Of a stretch of DNA of 64,000 nucleotides, positions 26,517-34,697 are shown in pieces; positions within the stretch are counted from its first letter, which is position 1; every line of letters starts with the position of its first letter. Both the position numbers and the translations under genes were made by a program. Source of the stretch: a virus (taxonomy: Duplodnaviria > Heunggongvirae > Uroviricota > Caudoviricetes); IMG/VR virus record IMGVR_UViG_3300037042_007115; one strand, given 5' to 3'. The notes below the pieces were generated by a model. That model searched no databases. It was given only the letters and a program-made list of their open reading frames with translations, and was not told where the DNA came from.

Positions 26517-26894
26517 GATATGATTTCTCCAAATTGTTTTGTCACCCTTTTGCTTTGGGTATAATTAGTATGGATCACTTAAGTATATAATGCTTCCTGA
26601 GTTTGTAATGCCTTTCTCTCATAAATGTTTAAATTTAATTTAAAGTTGGGGCTAAAACACTTGAGATTGGTGACGATTATATTAAAAGATCCGTTTAATG
26701 TTTCCCTACCTAACAGGGATTGGCTTATTACGCCGAGTTTTTGTCTAGACTAATAATTGTTTGGTGGGTCTCATGGTTGTACTGGGGGGTATTCCCAGAA
26801 AATTTTTCCATAAATACAGAGAAGAAGAAGAGTAGTGTTTTAAGTTCAAAAACCTTTATGAGCCTATGCGCCCCACTCTATTATTGGTATAATT

Positions 26895-27088
26895 ACCCCT
26901 GTAGTGTAGCGGTCAATCATCTCGGACTTTGGGCGATGAAAAAATCTGTAACTCAAGATTAAGACTTGAAATCTAATCTTGTTACTGCCGTGGGCGTCAA
27001 CCCATCACAGTTATCGGACCTGTTTTCTTGACGGTCAGCAGGCATCGGAAGACATCCGGGGACGGCAGTTCAAATCTGTCCAGGGGGA
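26895..27088 (+). tRNA. tRNA-Gln(UUG)-like gene with a candidate ~121-nt intron at the canonical 37/38 position
   Basis: 5' half ACCCCTG-TA-GTGT-AGCGGTCAA-TCAT-C-TCGGA-CTTTGG gives acceptor, U8-A9, D arm with G18-G19, and anticodon stem-loop with C32-U33 and anticodon TTG. 3' half A-TCCGG-GGAC-GGCAG-TTCAAAT-CTGTC-CAGGGGG-A gives anticodon stem 3' strand, T arm with canonical TTCAAAT loop, and acceptor 3' strand. The two halves are separated by 121 nt (26933..27053). Position 1-72 is an A:G mismatch. Confidence 0.4.
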
Positions 27089-27387
27089 TTGCACGGACAG
27101 CTTCCATTTGGTATAGGGGAGTGGACCTCTACCCAGGCCGGTGTTTGGTAGGGTTATGTTCTTACGTGCGGTGCATAAGATGCCTAGAGGGCGCTGCAAC
27201 CCTCCAACATGCAGTAGGTTCTGTGGGAGCAAGACCCACCTTATGTATGAATTCTATGTTTAAGCCTAAAGAGTCTCGGGCCATCTCCAGACAACCTACG
27301 AGCAAGTATCCCGGCTCACCGAGGGTTCCTAGTTTATGGGAGAGATTTAAGTATTGGCTACACGGTCTTCTTTCATAAGGTGATTTT
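27089..27387 (+). ncRNA. candidate structured noncoding RNA or leader downstream of the tRNA
   Basis: About 300 nt that is GC-rich relative to its surroundings with no protein-like ORF. Several local and long-range complementarities: GGTATAGG...CCTCTACC, TTGGTAGGGTT...AACCCTCCAA, GTGGG...CCCAC. Confidence 0.3.
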
Positions 27388-28059
27388 ATGCGTTATATCT
27401 TTTTGTTTCTTTTGTTTATATCTGTTCTTTTTCCCCTAGCCTCTGCAAGTATTTATGTAATGCAGGGAGATACTCTTTACTGGGGCGATAATGCTGATTT
27501 AACCGGAGTCTATGGTTGGGAATGTACAGTTGCTTGGTGGAAAGGTGGAATTACAACTGCACAATGGCCAGATAGAACTGAAGAGGTTTGTTATCAGGCA
27601 CACAATATTGCTATTACACCAGAAAGATTCCCAGCAGGTACCTGGTATAAATGGAATGGTAAAGTAGAGGGGGCTGGAAATGATATAGCTTTCCATGTTG
27701 TGGGGGTATTACGCCCTATAGTCATTACACCTACCCCCAATACTACAGTAAATGTTACTAGTAATACAACTTTAGTCACCCGAGTACCCACAACTATAAT
27801 TACTAAGGCCCTAATAGCGCCTATTGCTCCCACACTTACAGCCCTACCCACAAGAATAGCTACACCTGTGCCTACTACCCAGGCTTCTTTTATACCGCAG
27901 ATTCCAACTCTTGCGCGTGTCCCCGTTGCTACTCCTACAGAAGAGGTTCCAGCAGAAGGAATTATTCCTCCAACTAAGTACCCGCCAATTCCAGTACTGA
28001 TTGTTGGCTTCTTTGGCATAGGATTAGTTGCATATTGGTGGGTACGCGGCAATTTTTAG
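27388..28059 (+). CDS. secreted Thr/Pro-rich glycoprotein-like protein with C-terminal TM anchor (PGF-CTERM-like)
   Basis: Signal peptide MRYIFLFLLFISVLFPLASA. Globular domain. Long Thr/Pro/Val-rich stalk. C-terminal hydrophobic helix PVLIVGFFGIGLVAYWWVRGNF. Confidence 0.55.
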   Translation: MRYIFLFLLFISVLFPLASASIYVMQGDTLYWGDNADLTGVYGWECTVAWWKGGITTAQWPDRTEEVCYQAHNIAITPERFPAGTWYKWNGKVEGAGNDIAFHVVGVLRPIVITPTPNTTVNVTSNTTLVTRVPTTIITKALIAPIAPTLTALPTRIATPVPTTQASFIPQIPTLARVPVATPTEEVPAEGIIPPTKYPPIPVLIVGFFGIGLVAYWWVRGNF

Positions 28060-28377
28060 GTGTTTACAGTGAGTCAGCTTGGTTTCATCACATATGACCC
28101 TCTGTCAATGGAACCTCGCGGCCCAGTTGTTAGGCTAGTTTTCTGGCTTGGGGGGCCACTACAACTTTTAGCTACTATTTTAACTGCTGTTGGTACATTT
28201 CTAGTAGCTCAGACTGATGCAAACTTAAGGTTTATAGGTTTTGGTGTTTGGTTCTGCAGCAATTTGCTTTGGATGGCTTGGGCAGCACGCACTAAAAATG
28301 CCGGGGGCATCCTAGTTACCTACTGCCTCAACTTCAGTTTGAATCTCCTGGGCATCTACAATAATTGGCCTTGGTGA
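28060..28377 (+). CDS. membrane protein
   Basis: 105 aa with three or four hydrophobic helices. Confidence 0.4.
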   Translation: MFTVSQLGFITYDPLSMEPRGPVVRLVFWLGGPLQLLATILTAVGTFLVAQTDANLRFIGFGVWFCSNLLWMAWAARTKNAGGILVTYCLNFSLNLLGIYNNWPW

Positions 28378-28415
28378 ATAGGTTAATTAGGTCCCACGAC
28401 CCATATTTAAATATC

Positions 28416-28498
28416 GGGAAGATTGTCGAACGGCTAAAGACATGTGGCCCAAGATCACATCTCGCAGGAGTTTGGGAGTTCAAATCTCCCTCTTCCCA
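28416..28498 (+). tRNA. tRNA-Leu(CAA)-like, class II with long variable arm
   Basis: Acceptor GGGAAGA/TCTTCCC pairs 7/7. D arm contains GG. Anticodon stem TGTGG/TCACA with loop CCCAAGA (anticodon CAA; position 33 is C, not U). Variable arm is 14 nt with a CTC/GAG stem. T arm is GGGAG-TTCAAAT-CTCCC. Discriminator is A. Confidence 0.55.
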
Positions 28499-28514
28499 TC
28501 CATTAAGGTGATTT

Positions 28515-28874
28515 ATGGTTATTTGTCCTAGGTGTACAAAAGAGACTCCAGATTTGGAGAAGTCCTGCCAGTGGTGCGGACATGTATTGACAGGTGTTCC
28601 TTCAGTTTCGTCTGAGGTAGACCCAAGAACTGGGGTTCCGTTATACCCAGAGTCCATTTTACAGCAACCTATGGCTGGCCCAAAAAGGCTTGTAGGTGGT
28701 ATCCCTATTAGAGTAGCCATGGCCGGAATTATCTTCACTGTCTTGCTGCCTGTATTAGGCTTCCTGATAGGCTATTTCCTCTACAATGGCTTAGTAGATG
28801 GACTCATCTGGCTTGGTTGGACCTTCATAGTCAGTTTCTTTACCGGAAGAGTAATTGGTTGGATGGTTAAATAA
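28515..28874 (+). CDS. zinc-ribbon membrane protein
   Basis: CPRC...CQWCG at the N-terminus, then two TM helices. Confidence 0.45.
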   Translation: MVICPRCTKETPDLEKSCQWCGHVLTGVPSVSSEVDPRTGVPLYPESILQQPMAGPKRLVGGIPIRVAMAGIIFTVLLPVLGFLIGYFLYNGLVDGLIWLGWTFIVSFFTGRVIGWMVK

Positions 28875-28893
28875 TCTCTTTTTAAAAAAGTTT

Positions 28894-29466
28894 TTATTTT
28901 TCTGGTAGAATCCAGTGGAGTTCTGGTGTACCAGTAAAGCCTTTCTCCCATAGGTACCATGAAAATGCCATTATGCTCACACCCTCTGCGGAGCAAGTTA
29001 CTCGCTTAGAGAATATATACACACGCTTGGGGGGAAATTTACTCCACAGAGCGTTATAGCGTTCCTGAGACTCAAGTAATTGTATCCTAGCAAACATCGC
29101 AATCTTTTCTACACTGGGTTCCTCCAGGGCGCGCAGAATAAACGGTAGTGCTAATTTGAATGGCGGGTTGGTAATAATGGATTTAGGATAGAAAGCGGGT
29201 ATACTATTCTGAAGGAAATCTACTCCAGGGTATTTTCCATAGGTATCTTCCCGAATATCCGAGCTTACTACTTCATACCCGTATTTCTCTAGGATTTTAG
29301 AGATAGCACCAGCACCACTGGCAGGTTCCCAGATTGGCCCAGGAAATTTCTCCCTTTTCAAGAGTTCTTCTATGGCTAAAGCTGGGGTTTCATAAAAGTC
29401 ATCTTTTTGCCTATTCTCTGGCTGAGAATACCCAACAGCCCTCTGAGCCCCTGTGCCTATTGGCAT
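28894..29466 (-). CDS. DNA methyltransferase (N6-adenine or N4-cytosine type, NPPF motif)
   Basis: DFYETP...WEPASGAGAI (motif I) and IITNPPF (motif IV). 190 aa with no obvious separate target-recognition domain. Confidence 0.65.
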   Translation of the reverse strand: MPIGTGAQRAVGYSQPENRQKDDFYETPALAIEELLKREKFPGPIWEPASGAGAISKILEKYGYEVVSSDIREDTYGKYPGVDFLQNSIPAFYPKSIITNPPFKLALPFILRALEEPSVEKIAMFARIQLLESQERYNALWSKFPPKRVYIFSKRVTCSAEGVSIMAFSWYLWEKGFTGTPELHWILPEK

Positions 29467-29468
29467 AT

Positions 29469-29903
29469 TTAATCCACCATTATATTGCGGGTTTTATTAC
29501 TAGCTAAGAACATTACAAAATTAGCCACATCCCCAGCTTCCATCCAGACCTCTTCTGAGGACTTTCCTTCTTTTATTACCTCAATGAATTCGCAGAGCTC
29601 ATTATTAAGCCTACGTATAGCATCTTCAGTAGAAAGGTATTTCCAAGTATCACCACGTGCTTTATCCTGGGTAGTGAGTTTCATCTCCATAGCAATAGCA
29701 AGCTGTAAAACTTCAGGTCTAATATAAGAGGCAAGTAACTCCAGAGACTGTTGGTGAAACTCAGACTTCAGTAATTGACCCGGCTTCATATTCATTATGG
29801 CATCCATTTCTTGGGCTAATGAGAAAGCTCTTGCAGAAATTTTTATGGGTGGCGAGCAGTGTATCCCATCAGCATCAGTGATATAAATGAATTTTTCCAG
29901 CAT
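29469..29903 (-). CDS. MazG-like NTP pyrophosphohydrolase (small all-alpha type)
   Basis: EEVWMEAGDVANFVMFLA matches the MazG EExxExxDxxxxxxxLA metal-binding helix. Confidence 0.5.
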   Translation of the reverse strand: MLEKFIYITDADGIHCSPPIKISARAFSLAQEMDAIMNMKPGQLLKSEFHQQSLELLASYIRPEVLQLAIAMEMKLTTQDKARGDTWKYLSTEDAIRRLNNELCEFIEVIKEGKSSEEVWMEAGDVANFVMFLASNKTRNIMVD

Positions 29904-30079
29904 GGTTCTTCATCTCAACAAATATAAATATATTTGGGGTTTCTGGGCATAAAAGGATATTTATTTTCGGAGTTTTTGCTCAGCCAGACGATCTCTTTCT
30001 CTCTTAAGAAAAGGCAGACAAAGGTTAGGCTGGCAAAGTTTAACCCGACAAGTTTCACACTCGGGTATTGGTTTAAGAA

Positions 30080-30367
30080 TCATAGTTCTTCCCTCACATC
30101 ATAAGTTTTCATATCTAGTTCTGCCCTCTTCCAAGTTATCCGGCAGTTTTTATATCTGTCACATTTGGATCCCACACACTTTCTACTAGTGGCTCTTGCC
30201 ATGCTTCTGTGGCAGATTTTTTCAAGGGGCGAAGGTGACTGAGCTCTTTCCATAATATGGTCTCTAAGCAGAGCAAGATCAAATACAACTACCCCAAGGT
30301 GTTGATACCGGTCAATAAGTTTTTCTATCTCAAGAATAATAGGGTCTTGTGGGTCCATGCTATTCAC
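30080..30367 (-). CDS. hypothetical protein
   Basis: 95-aa ORF. Confidence 0.35.
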   Translation of the reverse strand: MNSMDPQDPIILEIEKLIDRYQHLGVVVFDLALLRDHIMERAQSPSPLEKICHRSMARATSRKCVGSKCDRYKNCRITWKRAELDMKTYDVREEL

Positions 30368-31017
30368 CCACCTTTATGCTTCTTCATTACACTATGGAGA
30401 TCTTTCATCTCTTGGCGGATTTCCAAGATGTTTCCATTCATTGCTGAGATATTTGTATTTAGGTTTTTAACTCCGATAGAGATTTCTTTCAGTATTTTAA
30501 GCATCTCTTCAAATAGTTCATTTTTACTCGGGCCAGGAGATGGGACCCTTGATTCATTAGCTAGAATTACTGGAACTTCCTCAATGGGTTTAAGTGAATT
30601 CTTCCCGTAATATTCATCACTCACCTCTAGGAAAGATTTTCCTCTCTTTCTACACAGGTAGTAGGCCCGCGAGTAGCCAGGTGTACCTGCTTCAAAAGGT
30701 ATTTTTAATTTACTTTTTACTCCGGTCTTGGGGGAAAGGTCTGGTTCAGCAACTTTTTTCTTTTTAACTAGCTCAGCAGCCATCTGTGGGGTTATGGTCT
30801 CTGCATGGCCTGGGAAAATAACTGTGGGTAGTTCTTGTTTATGTGTTTCTACCTTGTTCTTTACTTCTTGTGAAGAAAGCATTGCTACTTGGCACCTTAC
30901 TTGATCTAGGCAGACTCTACAGAATAGTCCACCCTCCTTGTAGTTTCTTCCAAAATCCATACAAAGTTCTGTTGACCTATGGGAGTTTCTGTGTAAGAGG
31001 TTTTCCATCTCGTTCAC
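30364..31017 (-). CDS. hypothetical protein with N-terminal zinc ribbon
   Basis: 217 aa with CRVCLDQVRC; lies immediately upstream of the SPFH gene. Confidence 0.4.
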   Translation of the reverse strand: MNEMENLLHRNSHRSTELCMDFGRNYKEGGLFCRVCLDQVRCQVAMLSSQEVKNKVETHKQELPTVIFPGHAETITPQMAAELVKKKKVAEPDLSPKTGVKSKLKIPFEAGTPGYSRAYYLCRKRGKSFLEVSDEYYGKNSLKPIEEVPVILANESRVPSPGPSKNELFEEMLKILKEISIGVKNLNTNISAMNGNILEIRQEMKDLHSVMKKHKGG

Positions 31018-31082
31018 CTGAATTTTTACATTCAGATGTTAGGTGTTTAGGAATAATAAGCTTGCTAAAAAAGATTGTGAAT

Positions 31083-32873
31083 TTATTTTACCTGGGCTTC
31101 AGGTTTATTGCCCGGCATTTCTGCTAGAGTTTTTGCCATGAAGGCGTTGAACAGGTTGGCACTCTGTCCTTCTCCGTTACCCCCCTGGACGAGGAAGTTG
31201 GGAGTAATCTGAACATGGCCATCTGCTACCTTCTTCATCACTTCAATCATAGTGATAGAAGAGGAACCCAGGACCTGCTTTTGTGCCTCATAAGCCGCCG
31301 CTGCACCTTCACCTACTTTCTGGGCGGCATATGCATCACCATCTGCTTTAGCGATTGTTGCATCACGGATACCGGCTGCTTCTTTCCTAGCTGCTTCGGC
31401 TTTGTCAAAGGCAATGTCGATTGACAACTTTGCAGCAATGATATCTGTCTGTTTGTCTGCCCTTGCTGTTTTTTCTGCTACTTCAATACGGCTCTCTTGG
31501 GCTTTGGCTTCTTCACCATACTGCTGTTGCTGCTGGACCGCAATCTCTTTCTTGGTCTGGGTTTCGAGTAGAGCTGCTGGAGTCTGGATATATGCAATTA
31601 ACAGGCCCTGAACTTCTACATGGTACCGGCTGAATTCTTTACGGGCTGCTGCAAGTGCCTGTTCCTGAAGAAGTGTCCTACTCCTGACGAATTCAATTGC
31701 CTGCTTTTCACCTGCTGCATTCCTGAATGAGGAATCAATCAATGGATGAGCAACCTGTTCAATCAAGTTAGCCACTGTACCAAACCTAGCGATGACTGCT
31801 GATGCATTAGCCGGGGGAATACGAATGATAAGCCGGACATCAACTTCTAGACCAAAACCATCCTGAGAGGTAACTTTTAACTGGCTGAACTTATAGAACT
31901 CAGTAGATTTCTCTCCGGATGCTTTTCCTGTTTGGCTTTGGGTTGCAATATCAGTTTCCTTATTACCTGAGCTTGCTGCCCAATCAATAGTTACTGCACT
32001 GGTTGGTACAAGTACCGCTTTATAGCCCCTGGTATTCAAGTTATATTTACCTGCGGTTACCGGAGACTTCAAAATACCCCGCTGGGTTTCATCAGTGATA
32101 AGAACTACTTCCACATCCTCTACATTAGGCTGTTGTAGGCTTGGGGCCAGACTGATTCCTGGTGGAATAGCTCTCTTCTCTAGCTCTTTCCCGACACTAG
32201 AAATGATGACTGCTACATAACCCGGCGGAACTTGGGCGACATTCTCTGATTGTACCTCAAACAGTAATGGGTTAATGTAATATTCCCCGGGCTGCAGAGT
32301 TTCCAGTTGAATACCCCTATGTCCTCCTGAGACAATAAAAGCATTCCCATCTGCAAAGTGCTGAGTATTTGCAGCAGGAGCAGGAGCAATCATATATTCA
32401 GCAGACAGAGGAATACCATCCTGAGCCGTAAGAATTCCTATCTTGTCACCGGGGATAACTACCGCGGGTGAAACTTTCACTGTAAACATAGCCCGGTTGA
32501 TCCTATGCGTTCCTGGGAGCAATATCCCAACTTGTGGGCCCTTGCATCCCCCGGCCTGTACAAAGGCTTTCGCATCCTGGAACCCATTGCACTCTACCAC
32601 GTCTCCCAGCAACCTGCCTGCCGGAATAGGCTTTCCTTCAATAGACCCCACGACACCTACTTGCCCGGGTGGAATCTCAACTACCGATGCCTTACGCACG
32701 GAAAAGACAATCGGCATCCTCCAGTAGAGCCCAGGCACAAGTGTGTCAGCCTGGACGCCGACTTCACCGTGTAATGCAATAATTTGCCCGGGAGACATTG
32801 TAGCACCAAACATATTCTTGGTGACAAGGCCAACTTCGTTATCTCGTATGAGATTAAATCCAAAGAATGACAT
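31083..32873 (-). CDS. SPFH/band-7 (flotillin-like) protein
   Basis: 596 aa. N-terminal hydrophobic segment. SPFH core. Long Ala/Glu/Lys/Gln coiled-coil flotillin-type region. Confidence 0.7.
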   Translation of the reverse strand: MSFFGFNLIRDNEVGLVTKNMFGATMSPGQIIALHGEVGVQADTLVPGLYWRMPIVFSVRKASVVEIPPGQVGVVGSIEGKPIPAGRLLGDVVECNGFQDAKAFVQAGGCKGPQVGILLPGTHRINRAMFTVKVSPAVVIPGDKIGILTAQDGIPLSAEYMIAPAPAANTQHFADGNAFIVSGGHRGIQLETLQPGEYYINPLLFEVQSENVAQVPPGYVAVIISSVGKELEKRAIPPGISLAPSLQQPNVEDVEVVLITDETQRGILKSPVTAGKYNLNTRGYKAVLVPTSAVTIDWAASSGNKETDIATQSQTGKASGEKSTEFYKFSQLKVTSQDGFGLEVDVRLIIRIPPANASAVIARFGTVANLIEQVAHPLIDSSFRNAAGEKQAIEFVRSRTLLQEQALAAARKEFSRYHVEVQGLLIAYIQTPAALLETQTKKEIAVQQQQQYGEEAKAQESRIEVAEKTARADKQTDIIAAKLSIDIAFDKAEAARKEAAGIRDATIAKADGDAYAAQKVGEGAAAAYEAQKQVLGSSSITMIEVMKKVADGHVQITPNFLVQGGNGEGQSANLFNAFMAKTLAEMPGNKPEAQVK

Positions 32874-32958
32874 ATTTTCTCCGCCAGTATGAACTGGTAC
32901 CTTACAAGATGGGTTTTACTACCATTTAAAGGTTCTAGAAAAGGTTTGGGGTTTTGGG

Positions 32959-33582
32959 TTAGGTTTGGTGCAGGATTAAGTCGAGATCTTGTAGGACTTT
33001 ATCAAATACTTGAACGTGAGTAGAATTTTCGGTGCTAATTTGGATTACTATGTTAGTGAAAGCACATTCCCGGTAGAACTTTTGGTAGTTAGCTTCTACT
33101 TTTGCTAAGAAATTAGCCTTCTCATAATTATCAATTGTAGTCCTAGAGGCTGCTCGGATACGGGCTTCTGATGTTTCTGGCTTAGCTGTGAGGTGGATAA
33201 CTACATCAGGAGGCAGGATCCATGAGCCATTATAGATATTCCAGAGCCAGATATCCGGGTGCTCCATGTATCCTTCAAGCGTAGCAGTCTGATAGGCAAG
33301 ATGTGAGTGTAGATACCTATCAGTGATAACTATTTTTCCTTTAGCTAAGGCTGGTTTTACTACATTCTCAATATGGTGCCTATGGTCAGCTGCGAATAGC
33401 AAAGCAGAAAGAACCTCATCATTCTGGTTAATGCACTGTTTAATGAGGTTTCTGTACCCGGTATCTGAAGGCTCCCTGCTAAAGACTGCTTGGTTACCCC
33501 TTAAAGCATCTCTCAATAGCTCTACTAAGCCGGATTTGCCTGTTCCATCTACTCCTTCAATTGCAATAATTATTGAACTCAT
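32959..33582 (-). CDS. tmk: thymidylate (dNMP) kinase
   Basis: IAIEGVDGTGKSGL P-loop and overall dTMP-kinase layout, including an R-rich lid region. Confidence 0.7.
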   Translation of the reverse strand: MSSIIIAIEGVDGTGKSGLVELLRDALRGNQAVFSREPSDTGYRNLIKQCINQNDEVLSALLFAADHRHHIENVVKPALAKGKIVITDRYLHSHLAYQTATLEGYMEHPDIWLWNIYNGSWILPPDVVIHLTAKPETSEARIRAASRTTIDNYEKANFLAKVEANYQKFYRECAFTNIVIQISTENSTHVQVFDKVLQDLDLILHQT

Positions 33583-33737
33583 AAGTTTTCTCCTATCTTA
33601 AAGTAATTTTCTGCCCATTTGGAAGACGGATTGATTTTGGCAATCTTGAAATTTTCTTTTTGTGCTCATCTTCCTCTCTACTAGTAAGCATATTGATGGG
33701 CATCTCAGTTGTATATGTCATGGAGAAAGTTAACAGT

Positions 33738-34268
33738 TTAGGTAATGTCATTTTTATCACCTTTTAAGAGTCTTTCTTGCTCTTTTATGAGTGCATCATC
33801 ATATGCCGCATGAATTAGCTGATGGACAGCACGAGCAGTACTATCTGAAAACTTGATCATCTTCCGGTCTTTGCCAATGATTATTCTTTTTTCTAGCAAA
33901 GATAATACTTTAGACACTCGGGTTTGAGACATGCCTGTAGCAGTTATAATTTCTGCTTCAGAAACTGTATGGTTCAATGCATAAGGCACTAGTACTGACC
34001 AGACTTTTATCTCATCAGTATTTCCAAACAGTTCAGCAAGCGGTGATTTCAGTTTCTCTTCATCATTACACAGCCACTCCAGTACGGTATGAGAACGAAC
34101 ATCTTTGCATATCAATGCTGGGTAGTCATCTTGTTCAATTCCTCTGAGTTCTTTCTCAGTAATAACATAAGGTCCTTGGGGTTTTTTCATTTTTTCTTCT
34201 CCTGGATTGGGCATTCTCGGCATTTTTCTGTTGCTGGGGCAATACACCAGAACCCTTCTTTTATACAA
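33738..34268 (-). CDS. winged-helix (MarR/PadR-like) transcription regulator
   Basis: Helix-turn-helix GMSQTRVSKVLSLLEKRIIIG. Confidence 0.45.
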   Translation of the reverse strand: MYKRRVLVYCPSNRKMPRMPNPGEEKMKKPQGPYVITEKELRGIEQDDYPALICKDVRSHTVLEWLCNDEEKLKSPLAELFGNTDEIKVWSVLVPYALNHTVSEAEIITATGMSQTRVSKVLSLLEKRIIIGKDRKMIKFSDSTARAVHQLIHAAYDDALIKEQERLLKGDKNDIT

Positions 34269-34696
34269 GATACTTTACGGCAGGCACAACAGTCACTATG
34301 GATACCACTAAATGACATATCTTTAGCTGGGAACTCTTTAATATGCTTAATTTCCCCGCAGATCTTACATTTGCTAGTCTGTTGCTTAAGATCGGGTGAT
34401 CTATCCTCTATCCAAGGAAGGTGAAGGTTAGACTCCCTAAGGTATTCCATAATCTGTTTTGCAGTTACTGGATGTGCAGCTCTGAACTCAGCGACGGTTT
34501 GATAAATCTTAACACTGACTCCCTGACCTACTCTTTCCCTACTTACTCCTTGCCGCTTATAGGTCTCCTGTCTTACAAAGACTTTGCCATCTTGGTAGAT
34601 ATCCACAACGTCATATGTATGGTCTCCAAAATAAGAAGAGTAGCCGCGTGGTACTATAAGCCGTGTAGCTGATACAACAATTAAATCTTCTTCCAT
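34187..34696 (-). CDS. hypothetical protein with Cys-rich C-terminus
   Basis: 169 aa with CKICG...CCACRKVSC...CRECP. Confidence 0.4.
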   Translation of the reverse strand: MEEDLIVVSATRLIVPRGYSSYFGDHTYDVVDIYQDGKVFVRQETYKRQGVSRERVGQGVSVKIYQTVAEFRAAHPVTAKQIMEYLRESNLHLPWIEDRSPDLKQQTSKCKICGEIKHIKEFPAKDMSFSGIHSDCCACRKVSCIKEGFWCIAPATEKCRECPIQEKKK

Positions 34697-34697
34697 A

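Noticed and set aside
26720-26962. 80-aa + strand ORF overlapping the 5' half of the intron-containing tRNA
   Set aside because: It overlaps the tRNA acceptor and D arm. It has a Trp/Tyr-rich low-complexity translation and no start context. It is probably spurious.
26895-27088. Group I intron as the explanation for the tRNA interruption
   Set aside because: The insert is only about 121 nt, too short for group I. The flanking pairing (CTTT with GAAG, with 3-nt bulges) fits an archaeal bulge-helix-bulge-type intron better. The bulge-helix-bulge geometry itself remains unverified.
27028-27378. 116-aa + strand ORF overlapping the GC-rich region downstream of the tRNA
   Set aside because: The composition is not protein-like (Arg, Ser, Gly and Cys rich, with no hydrophobic core pattern). 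There is no ribosome-binding site. It spans a region full of RNA-like complementarity. The region is treated as noncoding structured sequence instead.
31215-32774. + strand ORFs opposite the flotillin gene
   Set aside because: These are antisense shadow ORFs. The SPFH reading frame on the - strand is continuous and motif-supported.
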